DNA from: Octopus vulgaris
Taxonomy: Eukaryota
Direction: 5' to 3'
NCBI GenBank assembly: GCA_951406725.2
Contig: OX597825.1
Coordinates: 56,544,001 to 56,608,000, forward strand
DNA: 64,000 nucleotides
Shown here piece after piece: positions 1 through 13,294 of the stretch. The notes below the pieces were generated by a model. It saw only the letters and a list, made by a program, of their open reading frames with translations, was not told where the DNA came from and ran no database searches. The position numbers and the translations under genes were made by a program. Each line of letters opens with the position of its first letter. The first letter of the stretch is position 1.

Positions 1-30
1 ACGCCATAGTGGGTTACACCATGGTTCCTC

Positions 31-255
31 TGCTGGCAGATACGTTAGCACGCCGGGCGAAATGCGTAGCCGTATTTCGTCTGCCGTTACGTTCTGAGTT
101 CAAATTCCGCCGAGGTTGACTTTGCCTTTCATCCTTTCGGGGTCGATTAAATAAGTACCAGTTACGCACTGGGATCGATATAATCGACTTAATCCGTGTG
201 TCTGTCCTTGTTTGTCCCCTCTGTGTTAAGCCCCTTGTGGGTAGTAAAGAAATAA
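31..255 (+). mobile_element. tRNA-derived SINE, family A (Nin/Deu-like central domain)
   Basis: Head GCTGGCAGA..GTTAGCACGCCGGGCG, B-box GAGTTCAAATTCC, central GACTTTGCCTTTCATCCTTTCGGGGTCGAT; more than 10 related copies in the window. Confidence 0.85.
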
Positions 256-454
256 GAAGTAGGAAGAAAGAGTGAGAGAAAGTTGTGGGAAAAAAGTACA
301 GTGGGGTTCACCCCCACCCCCCACCCCGCCGGAGCCTTGTGGAGCTTAGGTATTTTTGCTCACTAAATACTCACAATACCCGATTTGGGAATTGAAACCG
401 CGTTCTTACGACCATGAGTCCGCTGACCTAACCACTGGTCCATTGCGCCTCCAC
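256..454 (-). mobile_element. tRNA-derived SINE, family C (partial)
   Basis: Reverse complement starts GTGGAGGCGCAATGGACCAGTGGTTAG (A-box) with a degenerate B-box; homologous to 41841-42146. Confidence 0.75.
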
Positions 455-2068
455 TGTAGTTGTTGATGGTACAACTTGTTAATCCTGCTGCTGTTCTTAT
501 ATTTGTTTTTGCTATTGTTGTTGTTGTTGTTGTTGCTACAGTTGTTGTTCATAATTGTTATTCCTACAGCTGTTCAATCATCGTTCTTGCTGTAATCGTC
601 GCTATTGAATCGGTGTTACGCAGTGTCATAAACAATGTTATAGACCAATGAAAGCTGTTTATAGGTGAAGCATCTAAGGAGAAACCTTATGTTAGAAACT
701 GAGAACACGAAAATTAAATAAACGACCATCACCACCACCACGCTAACACAAACTGGAGAGCTTGCACGCGCGCATGTATATGTACGTGTATGTGCACGCG
801 CGTGTTTGTGATTGTGCATGTGCGCGCACGTGCGCATGTCATGTCGCAACATGTATACATAACACGAGCTTAAGTAAATGAAATGACACAAAGCTACGAA
901 AGAATGAAGACGAATCTTTCCAACAAAATAGCTATTTCATTCGATTAAGTAAATTGTTGGTAAAGAATAAGTTTATACAAACCACTCTGAATGCTTAATA
1001 CAAGTAATACAACATATATATATATATATATATTTTACAGTAAGAAGATTGTAAATGACAGAAAAAAAAACTATAAAATATAATTACTACTTTTTTATGT
1101 TGTAATATTGCATTTGGTGAGATGCAATGCAGGTGTATCAAGCAAGGCCGTAAACATTTCGTAATCATATTTTGGTAAGTTACTATGCAGGTGTATGTGA
1201 CAATAGTTTAAAAGTTCTTATACAGAAGAATAAAGTAGCGTTCAAACATTTCCTGCATTATTCTACGAATAGAGTGACGGCATTCTCTCTATGGAGCAGG
1301 TTAGTAGCAGCTTGAAGCAAATGGTTAAGTGGATGCAAAGGCTTCTACTTATAGGCAGGAAGGGGTTCGTGGTTTTCCTTTAAAGAACGCATCGAAATTC
1401 GGCGGTAAAAATAATTTGGTTGTACCTTGTGAGAATCCTTCGATTGTCGTCACATTTGAAAAGGCTCTCTGCTACGTTATAACGGTAAATTAGATAGAGA
1501 GTGATTACGTGTCTAAATCTGAAAGTACAAGTCACACGTTATTCAAGTAACAACCATGTGGCTGATGTTACATTCGCAAAATAATCAGCAATTGCAGATT
1601 AACGAAAAAGTCACAGTAAATGAATGCAACAACACATACACAACGAATACACACTACACCACACGAGCTTAGACTGCTGCCAGCCCCAACACACTGTAAC
1701 ACAGGCGCGTATACACACACCCAGTTTCACACTCAGTTACAAACACACACATATACATGCACAATCGTACGTGTTTGTAGATGTAAGTAAACAAAATCAA
1801 AAGAAATCTATGTATGTATGCGTGCGTTTGTGTATTAAAAACATAAAGTGACTGTGCTAATCTTGTAGTTCATTTAGTTTACCACCCTGATTTTTTAATA
1901 TATTTTGGGGAGGGATATCTCTTTACCCGTTAATGACAAGTTGTAATAATGAATACGAGGTGATGTTAACAAGTTTTGCATAGCTTTATTTGATAGATCT
2001 TCTCAATTGTTATCCTCTAGGAATACTGCTTTTAAACATTCGATATTTTTGCAGACGTTTTAAGTCGG

Positions 2069-2270
2069 AGAGCTGGCAGAGTCGTTGTCGCGCAGGAAAA
2101 AATGCCTCGGAGTATTTTTTATGACTTTATATTCTGAGATAAAATCCTCAGACTGACTTTACCTATCATCCTTTCGGGGTCGAAAATAAAATAAGTACCG
2201 GTTGAACACTGGGGTCGATACAGCCGACTTACTCTCACCCCTGAACTTTCTGGCCTTGTGCCAAAATGTA
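2069..2270 (+). mobile_element. SINE family A, diverged copy
   Basis: GAGCTGGCAGAGTCGTT head and ATCATCCTTTCGGGGTCGA..ATAAGTACC core. Confidence 0.75.
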
Positions 2271-3897
2271 GATGTTGTATCCATTTGTTGCAGCAAAATC
2301 GTGTTTAGATTTTGGACAAATAAATATGTGAGGACCTTCTTGGCCTGTATGGTGTACTTGAATCGGTTTCGAAACAGCATCTCAGCGATTGAGTACAAGG
2401 AAGAAAGTAAATAATAATAAGAACGTAAATATTGAGGTTTGGGGCTAGAGACTAGGGTTGTCACGTGGTGAAGTGAACGATGGAAAAACCAGGCTGGGTA
2501 TCCCACTGATGCTTTATCGACAGGAACAGTTATTAGCTTTGGTGACTTGAGATACACACTTACATGTACATATATATTCATATATGTATGGGTGTGTTTG
2601 TGTGTATATATACATATAGATATACACACAGTCACACACGCATATATGTATGTGTGCATGTGTGTGTGTGTGTGCACACGCATACATATATATTAGCTTT
2701 GATCAAGTTTTCTGAAGGAAGTTTGGTTGCTATATCTAGTCGATGGAGCGAGCAGATGGAGATTCCCTCATTGGCTTGTGATAGAAATATTAATGACGAT
2801 GCTGGAAGGGGTGGACTCGTCATTGTTGTTGTTGTTGTTGTTGATTTTGTTGCGGTGGCGGTGGTAATGGTGATGCTGCTGGTGGTGGTGGTGGCGGCAG
2901 TAGTGCTGGTAAAGTATACAAAGTGAATGTTAGTGATGAGTGTGATGACAACGACGACGACAACGACGATGACGATGATAATGATAATGATGATGATGAT
3001 ATCGATGACGACGACGACGACGGTGATGAGAATGACGATGACGACGATGAAGATGATGATGAAGCTAGACATATAAAGGAAAATACTGTCCAGCCATTCG
3101 TTGCTTCATTCCAAGAGCGTCTAATCTAGATAAAGTGCCGCCATTTTAGCGCACTTTCTCAACTGTCCTTCCACCAAAACACTACAAAAATCAAAACAAA
3201 AAAAAAAAGAAACAAAAACAAAAAATGCACAAACAAAACTGGACTGAGTGGTCCTATTTTTAACAACCCCGTGGGTCAGTGTGGAATGTTTTCATGAAAC
3301 ATGATGTGTTTTAGATATAAAACTCAATCTATTTAACCGACCAATAATATTGGTTTTATAACCAAAAATCACTTAGTATGATCACATTAGATATTCTATA
3401 GTTTCTTAATGACTTCCCTCAATGTGATTCTTACGTTTTTATATCGTTGGGAGGCCACTTTATTCTGTCCACTCCAGTCTCACCAATTTGGGGAATATTT
3501 TTACGTCTTACAACCAACATCATTATTTCTTACGGAATTAGCTTTAGTCGTTTCTGCCTCTTTGTCTCTCTCTCTCCAACTAATATTACTTTTATCCTTT
3601 CTTCTTTTCATTTTTTTTCGTTCTGTTTTCATCTTTTCTTTCTTGATATCTCCCTCACCCTACCCTCCATTTACTATTTCCCTTCCTTTCTCTCTCTTTC
3701 ACTTTTCCTATCTATCTATTCATCTTTAGTCTTCGTTCTTTCCTTTGGTCTTCCGTTTTTTTCATTCTATATTTCCTTTCTCTCTTTTTGCCCTTTATAT
3801 CTTTCTTCGTTTTTTCTTTCCTTCGTTTTCCATTACTTCTTTCTTCCTTTCTTTTTTCTCTTTTCCTTTCATCTTTTGTCCACTGTATCCTCCACTG

Positions 3898-3956
<59 letters not shown>

Positions 3957-4348
3957 TCTTTATGTGTCTCTATTTCACTGATTCTCATTCGTACATCTGT
4001 TTTCCTCTTAATCTCATTAACCATTCCCAACAACTCTGCTTTCCTCAAAAATCTTGTTTCTATCTTTATGCCGTTTCTCATCACCACCGCTGCCACCAAC
4101 ACACACCATCATCCACCAAGAATAACAACCGCCAACTTCAAATGTCGATCAAAACACCGATCAGTCACCAACACCACCACCACCACCACCATGGCACCAA
4201 TAATATCTCCATCGTCTCGCTATTTCGGGCCGCCGAATCTTGCCTCCATTCCCTTCATTTATACCTCTGTTTTAGCTTTCACTCACAAGGAGCCTCTAAA
4301 CTCTGAAACAACTTTCAGCTGTATTGCATCTCTCTGCTCTCTCCCTCA

Positions 4349-4405
<57 letters not shown>

Positions 4406-4586
4406 CGTCTCTATATATATATATATCTATCTATCTCTCTATCTCACTATCTGTCTTTCTCCGTCTCATTTTCTTTCTCCTTCTCTAGTCCTCTCTCTTA
4501 TATATATGTATATATTTATTTATATATAAATGTATAAATGCATATTCATATGTGTATATAAAAAGATACCTTTATATATGTGTATA

Positions 4587-4855
4587 GGCGCGGGCATGGT
4601 TGTGTAGAAAGAAGCTGGCTTTCCAGCCACATGGCTCTGGGTTCAATCCCACTGCATGGTACCTTGGACAAGTGTCTTCTACTATAGCCTCGGACAGACC
4701 AAAGGCTAGCCTTGTGAGTGGATTTGGTAGACGGAAACTGAAAGAAACCCGTCTTGTATACGTGTGTGTGAGAGAGAGAGAGAGTGAGTGAGTGTGTGTG
4801 TGTGCGCGCGCGTGCATTTTTGTATCTGTGTTTGTCCCACCAACACCGCTTGACA
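4587..4855 (+). mobile_element. tRNA-derived SINE, family B (5' part)
   Basis: GGGTTCAATCCC B-box, ACCTTGGACAAGTG CORE-like motif, GGATTTGGTAGACGGAAACTGAAAG; homologous to 41324-41738. Confidence 0.8.
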
Positions 4856-4865
4856 TACAAATGTA

Positions 4866-4920
<55 letters not shown>

Positions 4921-4936
4921 GTATGTATGTATGTAT

Positions 4937-4992
4937 CTCTTTTACTCTTTTACTTGTTTCAGTCATTTGACTGCGGCCATGCTGGAGCACCG
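4937..4992 (-). mobile_element. SINE family B, 3' terminal fragment
   Basis: Reverse complement of CGGTGCTCCAGCATGGCCGCAGTCAAATGACTGAAACAAGTAAAAGAG, the 3' end of the family B copies. Confidence 0.75.
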
Positions 4993-5030
4993 CGAGAGAG
5001 TGATGAAGATATAGATATAGATAGATAGAT

Positions 5031-5087
<57 letters not shown>

Positions 5088-5089
<2 letters not shown>

Positions 5090-6302
5090 AGGGTTGGACA
5101 AAATAATGGAAACACCTAGCATCATAGCATCATCATTTTGAAATATCTATTTATTTTATCGGTTTATTCTTTGTTTTTTTATTTATTATTAATGCTGCTT
5201 AATAGGTTTTGCTAAAATTGCTGTTTCTTTTCAGATATCATCAGAAAAAGGTAATTAAAATTCATTAAAATCACAGATCTATCGGACTTTCAAAGAGGTT
5301 AAATTGTTGGGGCTCGTATGGCAGGTGTTTGCGTAATGAAAACAGCCGAAATGTGTGATGTATCAAGAAGTACTGTCTCAAAAGTAATGACAGCCTTTGA
5401 GAAAGAGGGGAAAACCTCCTCGTCGAAACAAAACTTTCAGATAGGACTCTTATGCTAATTGTTAGAAAAGATCACAAAAGTACAGCTCCAAAAATTACTG
5501 CAGAGCTTAATGACCGCCTCGAGAACCCAGTTTCACAAAAGCTGTTCGCCTGGAACTGCACAAAGCCGGATTTTCCGGGAGGACTGCAATCAGAAAGCCA
5601 CGAGTTTCAAAAACAAACGTTGCAAAGCGTTTAGAGTGGAGTAAAAACCTACAGAATTGGTCCTTAGAGCAGTGGAAGAATGTTATTTTCTCGGACGAGT
5701 CATCTTTTACCTTATTTCCGACCACCGGCCAAATGAAGCATTTGACCCAGACTGCCTTCTTCCAACTGTTAAGCATGGAGGAGGATCTGTGATGATCTGG
5801 TTGGCTATATCTTGGAAATCCGTTGGTCCAATGGTCTCTCTTCATGGCAGAATTAATATTCAAGCCTATTTAAGCATTTCATCTGATCAAATTCATCGTA
5901 TGGTTGCGGAACTGTTTTCGGAGGGAAACGCAATCCTTCAGAATGATAATACGCCAATTCACACAGCTAAAGTTGTTACTGAATGACACGAGGAACATTC
6001 TAGTGAAGCTGAACATCTTATCTGGCCACCGCAGTCACCAGATCTCAGTATTACTGAACATTTATGGTGCATTTTAGAAAAACAAGTAAGGATTCAATAT
6101 ATTTCACCATTATCACCACAAGAACTGGAGACTGTTTGAGCTGAAATATGGACAAAAATTCCTTTCGAAACAATTCAAACTTTGTACAAGTCCATACCTT
6201 GTAGAATTCAAGCTGTAATTACTGCCAAAGGCGGTCCTATCCCATATTAAAATATACTTGTTTGAGATTTTAAGGTGTTTCCATTATTTTGTCCAACCCC
6301 TG
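5088..6302 (+). mobile_element. Tc1-family DNA transposon, near full length, inactive
   Basis: 30-bp TIRs CA(A/G)GGGTTGGACAAAATAATGGAAACACCT (1 mismatch), TA on both sides, inserted in a (TA)n tract. Confidence 0.95.
5271..6250 (+). pseudogene. Tc1 (DD34E-type) transposase, frameshifted with stops
   Basis: DLSDFQRG*IVGARMAG..VSRSTVSKV HTH; VIFSDES, VKHGGGSVMIW, LQNDNTPIH, WPPQSPDLSITEHLW, GGPIPY*. Confidence 0.92.
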
Positions 6303-6363
<61 letters not shown>

Positions 6364-6699
6364 GTGCGTGTGTGTGTGTGTGTGTGTGTGTTTGTGTGTA
6401 TACTTCTAATATATGGACAAAAGTTTTCAAAAAAATTTAGCATATCAAAATACCTTTTAAGATAAAAATTATAAACATTTACGAAAGTGTGTATGCAGCG
6501 TCACGTGTATATCAGTGAATGACAGCTGTATTAATCTTGCCATCCCACTGCCATTCCATATGTGTCACACAATGCTGTTCTCCCCTTCCCTTATATCAGC
6601 TACATTCAATATGCCACCACATTTCCCTTACACATGCACTCTTTGCACCCTTCACATTTTATCAAATAATTGCCCAACTGCACTAATGGGCCCATTATA

Positions 6700-6849
6700 G
6701 ATCTTTTATTGAAATTCAATTAACCTATAATTGAACTGGATGTTAGTTTAACATGTATGCAAAGTTTCGTCAAGATTGGTTCACTGCTGTAGACAGCAAG
6801 ATGGCAACAGAAAGATCGACACACAGAAATTGCCATTTATGTATGAGAT
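6700..6849 (-). mobile_element. Possible 5' end of a non-autonomous Helitron
   Basis: Reverse complement A|TCTCATACATAAATGGCAA..GAACCAATCTTGACGAAACTTTGCATAC resembles Lep1-type Helitron 5' regions; no matching 3' end found nearby. Confidence 0.4.
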
Positions 6850-6898
6850 GTGTGTATAAGTGTGTGCGCATGAGTGTCGTATATATATATATATATAT

Positions 6899-6933
<35 letters not shown>

Positions 6934-7608
6934 CACACAGGTGCATATATAGTGCTGTGTATTTTTTTCACAATTTCTTTGACTTCTCTCTCCACTGAAT
7001 TTATACGATATTTTCTCTGTCACATACATATTTTATTTTAAACACCCACCACTCCGTTGAAATTATTTTTCACACTCCTGCGTAATTTTGTCTACACCAG
7101 CATTCACACCTTTCACATTGATTCTGTCACCCCCATGTACTTCACCAATATTTTTTTTCATCGTTAGCAGATATGCCTACAGCACACACACCAACAATCC
7201 TCTTTACACATGCATTCATATAACACTGTAAAACACACACACGTCCTCTTTATGTCCATTCGGGACACAGATAAACTATACTTGCATCGACATCCCCTAT
7301 TTTTTCTCCCTTCTTAACTACTCCATAGAACATCATTTCCACCTAGTTTCTAACTCTTCCCTCTTTTTCTACTCCCTTTCTCTCTCTATCTCTCTCTCCC
7401 TCTCTTTCTCTCTTTTTCTCTGGTTGTCTCTTTCTTCTAATGAAGAACTAATATCCGAAATGTGAAGGCAAATCCTATATCTGTCAAAGCGTTAAGCTTG
7501 TATTTGCGTTAGACATACAAACACACACATACATACATATATATATATATATGTATATATGTCTGTACGTCCATAAACATGTATGTATTTATGTAAACTT
7601 TTATAAAT

Positions 7609-7663
<55 letters not shown>

Positions 7664-8699
7664 TACACGTACTAACTTCAAATACATAACTGGTTTAGTA
7701 CTTACAAGGGGTTAATTAATAGGAATATGAAAAAGTGTCAGCATTGAATAATCAGTACGTCGCTTTGATTAATTACGTTCCACTTACATCAAATGCTTTC
7801 TGAGTTGCTGATATACATTACTCACATCTTCCCCAATTACCTTTATGACGCTCTGTTGTGCGTATAACTGATCTATCGGTGAGCTTCCAGAAAACTTTAT
7901 TCAATGAAGTTACAACTAAATTTATTTCTCTTCCTACATATGGTTACTCCAGCGGGATTTAAATTTAGAATAGCTTACCTCTATTGAGATAGCACCTTCA
8001 AAGTTATAGAAATTCAAATCGAAAATATGAACGAGAGCAACCAACGTCCACATGTTGATTGAATAACATCATGAGTTCAATTTTTCAACAGGAGAAAAAA
8101 GGAAAGAAAAAAGATAGCACTTTATCAAGTGCAAATACAGATCATATAAAATTTTCCACCTATGGTGCTGGTCACTCAGCGAACGAACTTTGTTACGTAT
8201 TTCTATGTTTCACTATGCTTTGTTGACATATATGTGAGTAAGACTGCCATATATTAATATGTCTCCGTTTGTACGGCTGCCAGTAGGATTCGATTTATTG
8301 ACGGAGATGCTGTTTAAACTAGAGAGGGATTTAGAGTGATCCGGGTGGTTGGTGATATGATTAATGCCACGGTAGTCCATAACATTAATGTCACTCGAGA
8401 CACAATTTATTTTCTTTCTATTAAATGCTGCTATATTTTTCCAGTAGGTTAAGCATGTTAAAGTAGACCAGTTTGACTGTATTGTATATGTATCGAAAAT
8501 TTTCACGTACTATGTGGTGGGGAGTATTTATCCAAAATCAGAAAAAAGATCCCTGAATATTTGAGGCAATTTATATATTTGAGAGTGGGTTAAATTAACA
8601 GATAATAACCTCTCCACATTGGAGTGTCTGCACGCTGTACCTTGAAAAATAGCTGCAGGATAGATTCATTGTGCAACAACATGAGTCAAGTGAATTCCA

Positions 8700-9060
8700 T
8701 CGAGAATCATAGCAGTAATGTTATGATTTATATGGAAGGTGGGACATGCAGTGATTCCCATTTGGTGCACGCAGCAGAATGCACTAAACACAACTTGATT
8801 TATGTTGGTTGTACAACGGAACAATAAAACAAAAAATTTAATGGAAACAGATATGACGTCAGGCACAATAACAGTAATTCGACAGAATTTGTCGAACATT
8901 TCGATTCAAACGGCTGCAATTTTGAAAAAGACTTGAAAGTGCATATTGTCAGAAAATATTCTGTTTCTGTTACACTTTCAATACTCAAAATGCATGAGGA
9001 GAAATATATTTGCGGGTTACTAACATCATGCCCTGGATGAATGAATAAAATGACAGGAGA
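8700..9060 (+). pseudogene. GIY-YIG endonuclease fragment of a Penelope-like element
   Basis: HLVHAAECTKHNLIYVGCTTEQ*NKKFNGNRYD..EFVEHFDSNGCNFEKDLKVHIV..EEKYICGLLT..PG follows the GIY-YIG layout. Confidence 0.75.
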
Positions 9061-9343
9061 ATTTCATCAAATCTGCACAAAACTGTTTGATTAAATATTC
9101 TTTTTTTTCTTTTTTTCTTCCTTTCTCCTTCACCAGTTGAAAAAATTGAAACTGAAGACTGATGATGCCATTCCCTCAACATGTGGACGCTGGTATCTCT
9201 CGTTCATATTTTAGATTTGAAAATCTATAATTTTGAATTTTTATCACTTTTCATTTCGAATTCGACAAAGACAGGCTTGCTGTTGAAATATCGTTCAACC
9301 AATAAAATATTTATTGCAATCGCATCGCGCTCTTCTTCTTGTC

Positions 9344-9579
<236 letters not shown>

Positions 9580-9809
9580 CATATACAAGCATCTTCAAAC
9601 ACTCGAAGAGCCAATGGCATATGACGTCGCAAGTTTTCCTATAACTTATCCATCCAACAGCTAAATTCTTCTTCCATACTCCTACCTCATTTAATACCTA
9701 TTTATATATATATACATATATACACATATATAGTAGATCAGCTGTTCCCCTTGATTTCTTCTTACAACATTATTATTATCATTATTCACTTGACTGATTT
9801 ATCTATGTT

Positions 9810-10040
9810 TATGTCACGTCTCAGTTCCACCCCGCAACTTAGAGACGCAACACTTTCCTCAATACATAAGCTGTTTCAAGCATTGCTGCCATCTGAATAC
9901 TTCCTAAGAAGTTTTATACCACTTTGAGATGGTTCCAAATGCACCGATCACAATAGGTACCACACTTATTTTTCAGGCTCTGTGAATGCTTTTCTCTTCG
10001 AATTCTAACTATTTGTACTTCCCAACTTCTTCACTCCTCA
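9810..10040 (-). mobile_element. R4/Dong-type non-LTR retrotransposon, 3' remnant (RLE C-terminus)
   Basis: Minus strand WVPIVIGAFGTISK ... IQMAAMLETAYVLRKVLRL*; flanked by TAA-type repeats. Confidence 0.7.
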
Positions 10041-10057
10041 TGATAATAATAATAATA

Positions 10058-10093
<36 letters not shown>

Positions 10094-10549
10094 AAAATTT
10101 GGAAGTGTCGAGAGTGTTTTGTACTTCACAGAAAAGAAAGTAAATTTAGAGCGCAGTATAACCATGAAAACAGCAGAAAGATTGGGTATTTTACTCTTAT
10201 AAGACAGAAAATAAAAGTTGCCAGAATTCGACTAGGGACTTGAACCCGTACCCCTCAGATGCCGGGTGACCCTTATACACTTAAGATAAATGCCGATGAA
10301 AACGATTACCGTCAATTTTAACGCTAAATAATAAGCTTTGGAATGCAACATTTTTTAATAACAAACTTTGGAATCGTCGAATGTGTTTGGCATTTTACAG
10401 ACAAGAATTTACTTTCTTGTCTGTAAAGTACTATTATTATTTTTTTTATTAACAGTAGCATCATGCACATCTCCATGAAAGTTACTGCACAACTAACACG
10501 GAATAATTCAATTCCATTATTTAAATAGGTAAGTAATCTTATCAACATT

Positions 10550-11000
10550 ACCGGCTACAGCTAGGGCCTTGTGGTAGTAATAGGCATTTTGCTTGAAAAT
10601 ATCTTCAATCGTTGATAGCTTAGAGATACGGGGAAAACACTACTAACGATAGCCTTAGACAGCTCTGAGGGGATTGGAAAATCGATTTCCACATTTCAAA
10701 TTTTATTAGGTTTATGGTATATAGATCAGTGTTTAATTCTAAAGTTACGTCAAGAAATTTGACTACTTTATAATAATTATAATAATTACCAAGTATAACA
10801 AAGAATTTTAAATTTCTGTAAAGCCTAACGAATCTCTTTCTACATTTGTCGTAGCTAACTTCAATTTCGTGAAGCAAATAATGCACCGTCTCTATATAGA
10901 CCGACTTCAATGTTCTGAAATTCGCTCTTAATGAAATGAAAAATATTTATACCCAGAAGATCGTTATATCAGGTTATTTCTCTATCCTTACGGCCCCAAA
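10550..11000 (-). pseudogene. Penelope-like element reverse transcriptase fragment (YRDD-type)
   Basis: DLLGINIF..IEVGLYRDGA, KVVKFLDVTLELNTDLY, RISKLSTIEDIFKQNAYYYHKALAVAG across frameshifts. Confidence 0.75.
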
Positions 11001-11101
11001 TCTTGTTATTAAATCTAATACCCAATCAGCAGTCGACTAGGCTTTTATTCACATCCTGCCTAGAATACAAGTGCTTTATTTAGAAGGACTGGAAAGAAAC
11101 T

Positions 11102-11319
11102 AGGGGTGCTGTAAAGTTCCTGACTTTAAGGGTATCGCGAAAGGCTTTGTAGGAGGCCCAAACTTCCGAGTTCATTTACGGGGCTTAGAATAACTGAAGG
11201 ACCGCTGCAATAAGTGTATGAATCTGAGATGTGACTATATTGAATAAATTCATAATTAACTGATCTGCCTGTATTTTCCTTTACCCAAAGCCAGGAACTT
11301 TTCAGCCCCCTCCCCTCGT
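11102..11319 (+). mobile_element. Mariner-derived MITE (about 210 bp)
   Basis: TIRs AGGGGTGCTG(T/A)AAAGTTCCTG.CTTT and AAAGCCAGGAACTTTTCAGC; carries the transposase tail GLE*LKDRCNKCMNLRCDYIE*; second copy at 13088-13294. Confidence 0.8.
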
Positions 11320-11474
11320 GGAAGAGTAATCATTTGCCATATCTAATTGTAAAAATTTAGCATCTATCTTATGCACACCTAAAAACAATTGAATTACCTT
11401 GAAATTATTAGACCACGAATGGAGGCGATTTTCTCTTTTTTTTTTTAAAGTAGGTACAATTCTTTTTATCCCTA

Positions 11475-11625
11475 CGAAGGTGGGCTGAAAAGTTCATAAG
11501 CTGACTATAAAGGAGTGACTCTAGAGCCGTAAAATCTTGCATGCATTAATTTTTCATGTCGGGGAACAGATGATAGTCAGATGGAGCCAAATCAGGAGAA
11601 CAGAGAGGGTGGTCAACCAGTTTTT
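11475..11625 (-). mobile_element. Mariner 3' fragment
   Basis: TA|CGAAGGTGGGCTGAAAAGTTC TIR; minus strand KLVDHPLCSPDLAPSDYHLFPDMK. Confidence 0.75.
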
Positions 11626-11802
11626 CATACCTGATTACACGTTCCTGCAACTTCTGTCTCTGGTATTGCTTTATGCTAAGGACCTCCCACGTCTCGATTA
11701 CAACATGAGCAACAATATTTTTTATCAGAGGTGCAACACGGCCATATAGGTTAAACAGGCAGCTTGCCTTCTTGTAGCTCTACACGTTCACGCATACACA
11801 TA

Positions 11803-12962
11803 TCAGGTCATTAAGAATGTAATGTCCGATTTTCTTATGCCAATCGTTAACTCTAATGTTTTATCTTGACAATTCTTTGTTTTACAACCTTGAAGAGTTG
11901 CATCATCATTTTTCGAAATGGGACCAATGCCTTCCAGACAGCACAAAACATCAATTAGGTGTTTGGTGAAGATGTAGCGAATGAGTGCACTTCACGTCGA
12001 TGGTTAGAGAAGTTCCGGTCTGGTGACTTTACTCTTGGAAATCATCCCCGTTGTAGACCTGAGACAAAGGCAGATAATGATGAGTTGGAAATTGTAGTGT
12101 AAGCAGATACATCTCAAACTACGCGTGAGTTAGCAGCAAGTTTTGATGTTTCGATTCCAATTCTATTAGACCAATGAAATAAATCGGCAAGGTAAAGAAG
12201 CTGGACAAGTGGGTACCACACGAACTGAACGAGCATCATGACACGTCGTCTTGAAACTTGCTGTTCTTTGCTGTCACGGCATAAAAGTGAACCATCTTTG
12301 CATCGTATTGCTACGTGTGATGAAAAATAGATTCTTTTCAACAATAACAAGTGGTCTGCACAGCGGTTGGATAGAGACGAAATGCTATAACACAATTCAA
12401 AATAGAATATTCACCAAAAAAATGCTAATGGTGTCTGTTTTGTGGTCCAACGCTGGTGTCATCAATTACAGCTTCATGAGACCTGGTAAATCAAATACAG
12501 TGGATGTATACACCAACCAACTGGATGAAATAATGAGTGAACTTGCTATTAAACAATCAGGATTGGTCAATAATGACAGGCAATTCTCTTGCAAGACAAC
12601 GTTCGACCACATGCTGCACAAAGAACGCTACTCAAGTTACAGGAACTGAACTTGGAACTACTCTCTCATTCACCATATTCACCAAGCCTGGCAACAACTG
12701 ATTATCACGTTTCCAGGCATTAGACAACTTTTTGCGAGGAGAAAATTTCAAATCTGAAGAAGATGCAAAACCAGCCTTCCGTAATTTCATCACCTTTTGC
12801 TCTCCAGAATTCTTCGCTGCTGGCATAAATAAGCTATCGATAAAATGGCAAAATTGTATTGATAATTTAGGTGCATACTTTGATTAACTGCATTGCTTTT
12901 TGTTGAGATAAAGTAAAATAAACTTTCAGTTCAAATCGGACATTTCATTCTTAATGACTTGA
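11803..12962 (+). mobile_element. Mariner (DD34D) transposon, near full length, inactive
   Basis: 30-bp TIRs TCA(G/A)GTCATTAAGAATG(T/A)AATGTCCGATTT; WVPHEL, IATCDEK, LQDNVRPH, PYSPSLATTDYH and KWQNCIDNLGAYFD* motifs with stops and frameshifts. Confidence 0.93.
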
Positions 12963-13087
12963 CACATACGTACGCGTACACGCACACACTAGACCACACA
13001 CAGACACACACACACATACACACATGAGCACACACTAACACCTAGATATCTACTCACATTAACACACATCATACTCTTGCACTAGTA

Positions 13088-13294
13088 CGAGAGGATGCTG
13101 AAAAGTTCCTGGCTTTAGTTAACAGAAAATTTAGGAGAATCAGTTAATTATGATTTAATCAGCATATTGCCTTCACACACTTATCGCAACGGTCCTTCAG
13201 CATTTCGAAACCCTGTAAAAAAACTCAGAAGATTCTACCTGCAACCAGTCCTTTCGCGATATCCTTAAAGCCAAGAATTTTCAGCACCCCCTTA
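13088..13294 (-). mobile_element. Mariner-derived MITE, second copy
   Basis: Reverse-complement homolog of 11102-11319 with TIRs and TA flanks. Confidence 0.8.

Noticed and set aside
1380-1490. Possible PIF1/Helitron helicase motif (RAFSNVTTIEG, minus strand)
   Set aside because: Single weak motif with no other helicase motifs nearby
3447-4529. Longest ORF (360 aa, F/S/L-rich)
   Set aside because: Translation of pyrimidine-rich, (CT)n and (CAC)n low-complexity DNA, with overlapping ORFs in several frames and no domain
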